A stretch of 64,000 bases of DNA from Candidatus Azobacteroides sp. (GTDB lineage: Bacteria; Bacteroidota; Bacteroidia; Bacteroidales; WRGA01): the NCBI GenBank assembly GCA_021201815.1, contig JAJQEC010000135.1:937-64936 (forward strand), read 5' to 3'. Positions 9,049-16,803 of this stretch are shown here, piece after piece (position 1 is the stretch's first letter; every line of letters begins with the position of its first letter). A program made the translations under genes and the position numbers. The notes beneath the pieces are model-generated. The model did no database searches. It was not told the DNA's origin and saw only the letters and a program-made list of their open reading frames with translations.

Positions 9049-10200
9049 ATGAAAAGAAAAAAAATAGATCTGTTGCTATATGTCGTTTTTATTCTTTCCC
9101 TGTTTTCCTGCCGGGAAGATATCATCGTCTTTATCCCGGAACAGGTAGAAGTATCTATTCCCGAATATACTTCTATTCAGGGTTTTTACCTCCTGAACGA
9201 AGGAAATATGGGAAGTAATAAATCAACCCTAGATTATTATGATTATACCACCGGAGTGTATAGTCGGAATATTTTCGGAGCAGCAAATCCTACTGTCCCT
9301 AAAGAAATGGGAGACGTGGGAAATGACATTAAAATTTACGGAAGTAAACTATACGCAGTCATTAATTGCTCCGATAAAGTAGAAGTAATGGATGCTTCCA
9401 CGGCTGTCCGGCTCGGACAGATTGATATCCCCAACTGCAGGTATATCCGTTTCCATAAAGGATATGCGTATGTCACTTCTTATGCAGGTCCTGTCCGGCT
9501 TAATCCGGAGTATGAACAACTGGGATACGTGGCAAAAGTTGATACCACTACATTTGAAGTACTGGAAGAATGCCTGGTCGGTTTTCAGCCGGATGAACTG
9601 GAAATTGTCAATAATAAGATTTACGTGGCAAATTCCGGTGGATATATGTTTCCCAATTATGAAAATACCGTATCTGTGATTGATATAGACAGTTTCCGGG
9701 AAATCAGGCGAATTGAAGTTGCCATTAACCTCCACAGGCTTCGGGCGGACCGATACGGAAACCTCTGGGTAAGTTCCCGGGGAAATTATTATAGAATCCC
9801 TTCCCGGTTGTATCAGATAGATACAAAAGAAGACCGGCTGGTAGATTCCCTGGATATTGCCGTTTCCAATTTTCATCTGGATGGAGATTCTCTCTATATA
9901 TATAGTACGGAATGGAGTTATATCAGTATGTCCAATGAAATTACATACGGTATTGTAGATGTGGCTAAAAAGGAAGTCGTAACCCGTAATTTTATTACGG
10001 ATGGAACAGACCGGAATATCCGGATTCCTTATGGGATCATGGTAAATCCTATTACAAAAGATATTTATGTAACGGATGCCAAAAATTACGTGTCTCCGGG
10101 TACCCTGTATTGCTTTGATAAGGAAGGAAAACAAAAATGGAATGTGAGGACCGGAGATATACCTGCCCATTTCGTTTTCCTGGGAGAACTAAAAGAATAA
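9049..10200 (+). CDS. Surface lipoprotein, YncE-like beta-propeller; BtuG-like candidate
   Basis: Lipobox LSLFSC. Repeated blade-like segments (FYLLNEGNMGSNKSTLDYYD, KLYAVINCSDKVEVMD, KIYVANSGG, NLWVSSRGN, DIYVTDAKNY). Position immediately after btuB matches gut Bacteroides btuB-btuG loci. The BtuG equivalence is inference. Confidence 0.7.
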   Translation: MKRKKIDLLLYVVFILSLFSCREDIIVFIPEQVEVSIPEYTSIQGFYLLNEGNMGSNKSTLDYYDYTTGVYSRNIFGAANPTVPKEMGDVGNDIKIYGSKLYAVINCSDKVEVMDASTAVRLGQIDIPNCRYIRFHKGYAYVTSYAGPVRLNPEYEQLGYVAKVDTTTFEVLEECLVGFQPDELEIVNNKIYVANSGGYMFPNYENTVSVIDIDSFREIRRIEVAINLHRLRADRYGNLWVSSRGNYYRIPSRLYQIDTKEDRLVDSLDIAVSNFHLDGDSLYIYSTEWSYISMSNEITYGIVDVAKKEVVTRNFITDGTDRNIRIPYGIMVNPITKDIYVTDAKNYVSPGTLYCFDKEGKQKWNVRTGDIPAHFVFLGELKE

Positions 10201-10221
10201 AAACGTAATACCATAGTAAAT

Positions 10222-11418
10222 ATGAAAAAAAGAATCGTACTTAACATCGGATTATTCCTTTTCCTTTTGCCGGGAATAGAGGCACAGGAAAATTCTCCTT
10301 ACATCAGTAAAGTATATGATTTTATGCCTGCTCCCGGGCAATTTGTCAATGACTTACCTTTCTATGAGGAAGGAGATACGAAAGAGAATATGATCCTTAA
10401 AGTAGAAGAATGTATTACCGGAGATGAAAAAATACTTGTCTCTCTGGGTGCATACGGCGGGTATATTGTTTTCGGATTCGATCATCCTGTAGTAAATGTT
10501 CCCGGAGTAAATGATTTTAAAATATGGGGAAATGCTTTTTATGCCAGTGAAAATCCCAATCCCAATGCGCCGGCCGAAGGGGGTAGTTGTGAACCTGGTA
10601 TCGTCATGGTTTCTTATGATGCCAATGGAAACGGGATTCCGGACGATGAATGGTATGAACTGGCCGGAAGTGAATACAACAGTCCTGCGACAATCCATAA
10701 TTATTCCATCACTTATTATAAACCGGATCCGGAAAAGGAACCGGTACCCGATACGGACTACCCTTATTTAAATGACCTGACTTATATCAGGTGGACAGAC
10801 AACCAGGGAGAAACCGGATATGTTGCCGGAAATGTGTTTCATGAACAATCTTACTGGCCGGAATGGTATGACGGAGAGACACTTACTTTTACCGGTGCCC
10901 GGTTGGCTGACAATTACATAGACGAAAGCGGTGATGGTTCTTATTATGTACAGTATGCCTATGGGTGGGGATATGCCGACAATCACCCCAATACGGATGA
11001 ACGTGCTGACTTTAATATCGAATGGGCAGTGGATAAAGATGGGAATGCTGTTTATTTGCCGGAAATCCATTTTATAAAAGTTTATACAGCCGTCAACCAA
11101 TATTGCGGATGGCTGGGTGAAACTTCCACAGAAGTAATGGGTGCGGTGGACCTGCATGCGGATGCGACTTCTTCCGTCCGGTATGGAAAAGAAGAGCAGC
11201 TGAGCAAGATATGGTTTAACACATGGACCCGTCAATTATATGTGCATACGGAAAAGCAGCAGGATATTTTTATCCATTCGGTAACAGGAAAGATGGTAAG
11301 TAATTGGGTACTGGCTCCGGGGGAAAATGAAATAAGCCTTTCCGATCTCTCTTCCGGAGTTTATTTAGTCAAGGTGGGAAATACAACTGCAAAAATAATT
11401 ATCACAGATTTATATTAA
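10222..11418 (+). CDS. Secreted protein of unrecognised family with a T9SS C-terminal sorting domain
   Basis: Signal peptide ...LLPGIEAQ. C-terminus IFIHSVTGKMVSNWVLAPGENEISLSDLSSGVYLVKVGNTTAKIIITDLY is CTD-like. I recognise no catalytic motif. Confidence 0.7.
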   Translation: MKKRIVLNIGLFLFLLPGIEAQENSPYISKVYDFMPAPGQFVNDLPFYEEGDTKENMILKVEECITGDEKILVSLGAYGGYIVFGFDHPVVNVPGVNDFKIWGNAFYASENPNPNAPAEGGSCEPGIVMVSYDANGNGIPDDEWYELAGSEYNSPATIHNYSITYYKPDPEKEPVPDTDYPYLNDLTYIRWTDNQGETGYVAGNVFHEQSYWPEWYDGETLTFTGARLADNYIDESGDGSYYVQYAYGWGYADNHPNTDERADFNIEWAVDKDGNAVYLPEIHFIKVYTAVNQYCGWLGETSTEVMGAVDLHADATSSVRYGKEEQLSKIWFNTWTRQLYVHTEKQQDIFIHSVTGKMVSNWVLAPGENEISLSDLSSGVYLVKVGNTTAKIIITDLY

Positions 11419-11441
11419 TACATCCTCTAATATATTATTCA

Positions 11442-13106
11442 ATGAAAAAAAGAAATACACTGATTTGTTTTCTTCTTCTTTGTTATTTGTCCGCAAATGC
11501 CGGTCTGAATGTAGATTATACAAAAGGCATTTTCTTTCTGAATGAAGACTGGTTCGGACATACAAATAGTTCGCTGAATTTTATGACAGCAGAAGGAGAG
11601 TTTCTTTATAGAGTTTATACGGAAGCAAATCCCGGAGAAGCTTTTGGCTGTACCGCTCAGTTTGCTGCTATTTACGGAGATAAATTATATGTGATTTCCA
11701 AGCAGAAAGCCGAAGCAGGGGATACGGATTATATTCCCGGTGGAAGGATTGTTGTGGCAGATGCCATCACCCTGAAAAAAATAAAAGGAATTGACAACAT
11801 CGGAGGGAGTGATGGCCGTTCTTTTTTAGGAGTAGATAAAAAAACAGCATACATCGGCACTTCCAATGGAATCTTTCTGTTTGACCTGGAAGAACTTGCG
11901 GTTGGCGATCTGATCGAAGGGACCGATGGAGCTTCCGGTTTGTACTCCTCACAGACCGGAATGATGGTTCGTGCAGGGAGATATGTTTTCGCCGCAAAGC
12001 AGGGGGAAGGAGTGCTGGTTATTGATGCAACTACCCATCGAATCCATACGGTAATTGCGGAAGCAGATATTGTGACCCTTACCCGGAGTAAGGACGGAAG
12101 GGTATGGGCTGCACGCAACGATGCATTCGTGAAAATTAATCCGTATACCCTGGAGACGGAAACCATTGCATTTCCGGAGGGTGTTACGATCGTGGCTTCA
12201 TGGCCGGCCTGGAACGCCGGAAGTTTATGTGCCGGTGTCCGGGAAAATGTCTTGTATTTTACCAATCAGGGGAATTTCGGTTTCAACGGAGAAACCGTAC
12301 GGAAATATTACATTGATTCCGGAGAGTTTGATCCGTCCTTTTTCATATTACCGGACCAGACAGATGAAGAAGGCAAAATCCTGAGATACCGCCAGACTTT
12401 TTACGGGGCCGGCGTAAGAGTAGATCCGGCTTCTGAAAATCTCATCATTACAACTACTGAAACAGGGGGTAGCTCTCATTATCAGAAGAACTGGGTTCAT
12501 ATTGTAAGTGGAAACAGCGGAGAACTGATTGATACGAAAGAACTGGATGCATACTATTGGTTTCCGGCAATGCCCTTTTTCCCGAATAATACTCTTCCGG
12601 AAACAATAGACCTGACAGAATGGAATCCGGAAGAGGGAGAATCTTATTCTCTTTGGCTGGGAGGAGTCGTAGTAAACAAGGAAAATCCTGATTTGGGTAC
12701 TGTAGAGTCCGTATTATCTAATTCGGATGAATCTCTTGTATCCGCCATACTGGAAGATGACATGCTTCTCCTGACGCCTTTATCAGGAGAAGCCGGAACA
12801 GCTACTATCATCCTTCAATTTAATTCCAACGGACAACTTATTCCACATGCTATAGAAGTAAAAATCGGAATGGTTTCCGGTTTAAAGGGTGGATTACAGT
12901 CCGGTTCTTATTACAGAATGTCCGGGAAAACATTGTTTGTTTATGCCGGTTCCGGAGAAAAAGTAATTCTTTCGGACCTTCAGGGACGGATTCTTTATTC
13001 GATGGTTGCCACAGAAAAAGAACTGGTTATTCCTTCGAATACTTTGCCTGAAGGCATCTACCTTTTACATATCGGAGGAATAAATCATAAGATTATTATT
13101 AAATAA
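11442..13106 (+). CDS. Secreted YncE-like beta-propeller plus Ig-like domain plus T9SS CTD; divergent paralogue of 9049..10200
   Basis: Signal peptide. N-terminus GIFFLNEDWFGHTNSSLNF parallels GFYLLNEGNMGSNKSTLDY of the lipoprotein. KLYVISKQ blade motif. C-terminus KVILSDLQGRILYS...GIYLLHIGGINHKIIIK. Confidence 0.75.
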   Translation: MKKRNTLICFLLLCYLSANAGLNVDYTKGIFFLNEDWFGHTNSSLNFMTAEGEFLYRVYTEANPGEAFGCTAQFAAIYGDKLYVISKQKAEAGDTDYIPGGRIVVADAITLKKIKGIDNIGGSDGRSFLGVDKKTAYIGTSNGIFLFDLEELAVGDLIEGTDGASGLYSSQTGMMVRAGRYVFAAKQGEGVLVIDATTHRIHTVIAEADIVTLTRSKDGRVWAARNDAFVKINPYTLETETIAFPEGVTIVASWPAWNAGSLCAGVRENVLYFTNQGNFGFNGETVRKYYIDSGEFDPSFFILPDQTDEEGKILRYRQTFYGAGVRVDPASENLIITTTETGGSSHYQKNWVHIVSGNSGELIDTKELDAYYWFPAMPFFPNNTLPETIDLTEWNPEEGESYSLWLGGVVVNKENPDLGTVESVLSNSDESLVSAILEDDMLLLTPLSGEAGTATIILQFNSNGQLIPHAIEVKIGMVSGLKGGLQSGSYYRMSGKTLFVYAGSGEKVILSDLQGRILYSMVATEKELVIPSNTLPEGIYLLHIGGINHKIIIK

Positions 13107-13270
13107 AGATAGGTGTACTATCTGTTTTTACCAAGAATGATTTTATTCCCGTGCTTAAAAAGCAGTACTGTTAACCCGGGTCTTGGAAAACCTCACCTTG
13201 CCAGTACGCTAGTAGGAGTGCCAGAGGTAATCCCAGGATTTTCCACCTACCTTGCCATCAATGCTTTACA

Positions 13271-13318
13271 ACCACGGAGTGGCGACATATTATTAGCCGT
13301 GCTGCCTCAGCACACGGT
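13271..13318 (+). repeat. REP-like double-hairpin repeat, copy a
   Basis: CCACGGAGTGG hairpin, then ATATTATTA, then GCCGTGCTGCCTCAGCACACGG hairpin. Related copies lie at 15922-15970, 27184-27233 (inverted) and 27385-27433. Confidence 0.6.
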
Positions 13319-13419
13319 ATTTATTTAAAAGAAAAGATAGCTATATAAACAAAAGACTATTTTAATATCGTTCAAAAAATTAATTACCGGTTTATAAGCC
13401 AATTTAAAATTAAAAACAA

Positions 13420-15741
13420 ATGAAGAAAATTTTCTCTTTTTTATTCCTGTTTACAGTAGTTTGTGGAAGCAGTATGTTTGCACAACAAAAGAGTTATTCC
13501 GAAAGAAATTTCTCTTTTAATAACTTCCGGTCTTTAAACGAAAAATCGGAGTCGGAACAAAAAATCAAAACCCTCACCCGTTCCACAACTGCAGAAGCAC
13601 TGGGGCACGTGGTTTTTGCTATTGAAAAGTTTACGCTGGGACAGGGATATTTTGTAGAACCCATTCTTGTTCCTTTTTATGAGGGAGAATCCTGTGCGCA
13701 TATTTTGCTGAATGTCGTAGGAGAAGAAAATTGTGATTACTCGCCTTTTCCGAATTTTTACCTTTCAGCTATTAAAGATGCGGACTCCGGAGTTCTCAAT
13801 ATTCCGCAGTATATATATGACCAGTGCGGATTTGACGATGATTACCTGGATTCGGATATCAATGACGATGAATGGTTGGGAGAATTCGATTACACCTTTA
13901 TGTCCGGATGGATGTATTTTGTAAATAATGTCGCAGCTCCTGTAGGCATGGGAGCCTATAATCCGCAGGACGGAGATGTAATACGCGTTCAGTTCACCCT
14001 TCAGGGGTACGGAATGGATCTGGGTTCTGACTTTATGGGTTCCGGAGGAGTTGCTGTCGTAGCCAATAAAGATGAACTGACCCGAATGGTCGCAACCATC
14101 AATAGTGCGGAAAATAAAACGGAGTTACTAGCGGATGCAGCTATAAAAACAGCTTACGAAAATGCCTATGCCATTTTAGAAGATATGACAAGTTCGCAGG
14201 CGCTGACGAACGAAGCGGCAGGTAAGCTGAAGAATGCACTGGAAGCATTTGAAGCCGGAAATAATCCCGGTTTGCCTGACTATCAGAGCTACTGGCCGTC
14301 TTTCCGCAGAGATGATAATAACCAGGCGATTGTAAATACCCCATTGGCAGTTCGGGAAAGGGATATTCAGGAACTATGGAAAAGACAGATCGGTTCCGGA
14401 TGGTCTTCCAATGGAGCTCCTATTATTGTGAATGACAATGTGTATATTACCATTGGTAATAAAATTATGATCATCGATCCGGAAACAGGAACAATTGTAC
14501 GGGAAAGTACCCTTGCCGGTAGCGTCGGATTCTTTTCGACAATTGCTTATGGCGACGGAATGATCTTTGTACCTGTCGGAAACGGAGTTATTCAGGCAAT
14601 CAATGCCGAAACACTGGAATCCCTGTGGAAAACGGAAACGATAAGCAGTCACCAGACATTGTGCCAGATCACATATAAAGATGGTCTCTTATATACCGGA
14701 ACGGTGAAAATGGGAAATCCGAATACCGGTTATTTTTTCTGTATTGATGTAACGGACGAAGATCCTTCCCGACCGGATGAAATTAAAGAATGGAAATGGC
14801 AGTCGGATGATACCGGCGGGTACTACTGGAGTGGTGCTGTGGTGGTAGGAGATGCGGTTATCTTCGGTGGCGACAGTGGTGTTCTTTATTCCTGTAACCG
14901 GTTGACAGGGGAGAGGATCGATTCTTATGATATTCATGGTGAAAATGATCAGAGTACGAAAACGATCCGTTGTACTGTTTCTTATGATGAAGACACTCAA
15001 AGTGTATATTTTACAGGAAAAGAAACACAGATGGCTTATAAAGTCCCGATGAATGCCGATGGCAGCTTTGACAAGGATAATATCCTTACCTGTGAGCTGG
15101 CAGGACAGGCGACTACTGCCCTTGTGGTTTATAACGGCCGTGCGTATGTAACTTCCGGGACCATGACAAGTGATGGCGGGATGGATATAATCGATGTGAA
15201 CACCATGTCGTTAATCAGCAATGTAAATATCGGTGGTATTTCCCAGGCTTCTCCATTATTAACTACCGCGTATGCTACGGCTGAAAACAATTATAAGGTG
15301 TATCTTTATATTACCCTGAATAATGCAGCGGGAAGTATTGTCTGCATTGAAGATTACGAAGGAAATAACCAGCCTTTTGTAAAGTTTACTTATCAGCCTT
15401 CTACTGCACAATATGCTACCCATAGCCTGATTGCAGATGAAAAGGGTACTTTGTATTATAAGAATGATTCCGGTTATTTGTTTGCATTGGCTTCCGGGGG
15501 CACACCAACCGGTACCGACCAGATGACAGAGGAACGTTTCTCTGTATATCCGAATCCGTTTACGGACTACATTGTGGTTTCAACCGCAGCAGAAGAAACG
15601 GTTGCTGTTTATGATTTATCCGGAAAATGTGTGTTCAGTACTCTTTCAAAAGGAAATAGCACATGGATAGATACTTCTTCTTTCCCGAAAGGAGTTTACA
15701 TGGTTAAATGTGGATCGGAAGCAATGAAAATAGTAAAGTAA
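13420..15741 (+). CDS. Secreted protein: transcobalamin-like (DUF4430-type) domain, helical linker, PQQ/BamB-like beta-propeller, T9SS CTD
   Basis: Residues ~60-200 (GHVVFAIEKFTLGQGYFVEP...ESCAHILLNVVG...FMSGWMYFVNNVAAPVGMGAYNPQDGDVIRVQFT) fit my recollection of the DUF4430 signature (GW.Y.VN...y.l.dGD.i...). PQQ-like repeats are visible (NVYITIGNKIMIIDPETGTIVRE; GMIFVPVGNGVIQAINAETLESLWK). C-terminus FSVYPNPFTDYIVV...VAVYDLSGKCVF...GVYMVKCGSEAMKIVK. Confidence 0.75.
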   Translation: MKKIFSFLFLFTVVCGSSMFAQQKSYSERNFSFNNFRSLNEKSESEQKIKTLTRSTTAEALGHVVFAIEKFTLGQGYFVEPILVPFYEGESCAHILLNVVGEENCDYSPFPNFYLSAIKDADSGVLNIPQYIYDQCGFDDDYLDSDINDDEWLGEFDYTFMSGWMYFVNNVAAPVGMGAYNPQDGDVIRVQFTLQGYGMDLGSDFMGSGGVAVVANKDELTRMVATINSAENKTELLADAAIKTAYENAYAILEDMTSSQALTNEAAGKLKNALEAFEAGNNPGLPDYQSYWPSFRRDDNNQAIVNTPLAVRERDIQELWKRQIGSGWSSNGAPIIVNDNVYITIGNKIMIIDPETGTIVRESTLAGSVGFFSTIAYGDGMIFVPVGNGVIQAINAETLESLWKTETISSHQTLCQITYKDGLLYTGTVKMGNPNTGYFFCIDVTDEDPSRPDEIKEWKWQSDDTGGYYWSGAVVVGDAVIFGGDSGVLYSCNRLTGERIDSYDIHGENDQSTKTIRCTVSYDEDTQSVYFTGKETQMAYKVPMNADGSFDKDNILTCELAGQATTALVVYNGRAYVTSGTMTSDGGMDIIDVNTMSLISNVNIGGISQASPLLTTAYATAENNYKVYLYITLNNAAGSIVCIEDYEGNNQPFVKFTYQPSTAQYATHSLIADEKGTLYYKNDSGYLFALASGGTPTGTDQMTEERFSVYPNPFTDYIVVSTAAEETVAVYDLSGKCVFSTLSKGNSTWIDTSSFPKGVYMVKCGSEAMKIVK

Positions 15742-15784
15742 AAAAATAAACGGGTTCTTCGGAATTTCAGTTTAGTTTGGGTTT

Positions 15785-15822
15785 CCCCTCTGTGAATCTT
15801 TGATTTTCAGAGGGGATTTTTT
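15785..15822 (+). terminator. Rho-independent terminator closing the B12 locus
   Basis: CCCCTCTG (15785-15792) pairs with CAGAGGGG (15808-15815), followed by ATTTTTT. Confidence 0.7.
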
Positions 15823-15870
15823 AATGTGTCAATGTGCTAATGTGCCAATGTTTCAATATGTTAATGTGCT
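15823..15870. repeat. Six tandem 8-mers (AATGTGNN family)
   Basis: AATGTGTC AATGTGCT AATGTGCC AATGTTTC AATATGTT AATGTGCT, strict period 8. Confidence 0.8.
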
Positions 15871-15921
15871 ACTAAGAAAATATGGGCATCTCCTTTTATG
15901 TGTATCTCTATTCTACCAACA

Positions 15922-15970
15922 AGCCACGTAGTGGCGTTATATTATTAGCCGTGCGGCCTCAGCCCACGGG
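15922..15970 (+). repeat. REP-like double-hairpin repeat, copy b
   Basis: GCCACGTAGTGGC hairpin, TTATATTATTA, then GCCGTGCGGCCTCAGCCCACGG hairpin. Confidence 0.6.
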
Positions 15971-15973
15971 CCT

Positions 15974-16021
15974 AATGTGCCGATGTGCTAATATGCCAAT
16001 ATACTAATGTGATAATGGGGA
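15974..16021. repeat. Second array of six tandem 8-mers
   Basis: AATGTGCC GATGTGCT AATATGCC AATATACT AATGTGAT AATGGGGA. Same family and period as 15823-15870. The two arrays bracket REP-like copy b. Confidence 0.75.
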
Positions 16022-16113
16022 AATAACCTCTTATATATAGCCACAATTCTTAAGTTATTTTAAGTTAAATGTATTGAGAATTCAAGCAATCACATTATAA
16101 AAACAAAAACAGT

Positions 16114-16240
16114 CAAAAGTGCATCCGGATTTTTCAAAAGCGGATGCGGATTTTTCAAAAGCGCATCCGCTTTTATGTCAATTTTCACTCCGCTTTTGAA
16201 AAAAGCAGATGCACTTTTTGTAAAAGTGGATGCGCTTTTT
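16114..16240. repeat. Five ~21-bp A-tract/T-tract units with a GCATCC or GGATGC core
   Basis: CAAAAGTGCATCCGGATTTTT, CAAAAGCGGATGCGGATTTTT, CAAAAGCGCATCCGCTTTT, (24-nt gap), AAAAAAGCAGATGCACTTTTT, GTAAAAGTGGATGCGCTTTTT. Core orientation is GCATCC in units 1 and 3 and G/A-GATGC in units 2, 4 and 5. Confidence 0.7.
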
Positions 16241-16803
16241 AAGAAAAATATAAGGAAAATGCGGGGTAAAAACAGGAACGGGATATGCCTACACAAAGCT
16301 AAAAAAGGGTATGACGCAGGAAAAGAAAGAAATAAAAACGGTGTTTTTCTTTCCGGAGGGCGCCTGATTCCCATATACAGAGGAATGAAAGGAGAGAGAT
16401 GATTCGGAAGAAAAATCGTTTTGTAAAGTTTTATACGAAATTTCCGGGTGATTCCGGTCGGATAAAACAGCCTCCTTTTTTCGTAAAAACAGAAGATTTC
16501 TTTCCCTTTTTCCTTCCCGGAAGAATAAAAAGAAAGAACTCCCTGCAAGAAGCAAAAGGATAGGAGTGCATAATATGTATAAAATGTCCGGCATCTTATT
16601 ATTTTATCTTTCGTAATCTTTTCAAAGATACAACATAAAAAAGCAAAAGTCAAGTCCCGGAAGAAAAAACAGACTAGTTTGTTTTATACTCATGCCTCAA
16701 TCAACAGGTAAATGATACCTTTTTCCTGCCTCTGTTACGTACTCCGATTGGTTTTGAGATAAAAAAATATCCACTTTACTCTATAAGTTGCGGGTTTTTA
16801 GTT

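Noticed and set aside
9349-10170. Long antisense ORFs inside well-supported genes (9349..10170, 8395..8883, 10768..11235, 11729..12265, 4610..5107, 38391..38741, 58650..58991, 30778..31134 and similar)
   Set aside because: Each lies wholly opposite a gene with clear family motifs. Their translations are low-complexity or Ser/Ile/Arg-rich with no motifs. Such shadow ORFs are expected in the more GC-rich genes.
13113-13328. 71-aa ORF after the 554-aa gene, and the 83-aa ORF at 26009..26260
   Set aside because: Both are read straight through REP-like or GC-rich hairpin repeats, so they are probably artefacts of repeat sequence.
15823-16240. CRISPR array
   Set aside because: The repeats are 8 bp and 21 bp with no unique spacers of CRISPR size, and there are no cas genes in the window.
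16090-16653. 187-aa, 101-aa and 75-aa ORFs in the 15.7-16.8 kb spacer
   Set aside because: They are translations of the 21-bp A/T-tract repeats and of homopurine/homopyrimidine stretches (KSASAFFKS..., FLFLS...). There is no start context and no domain.
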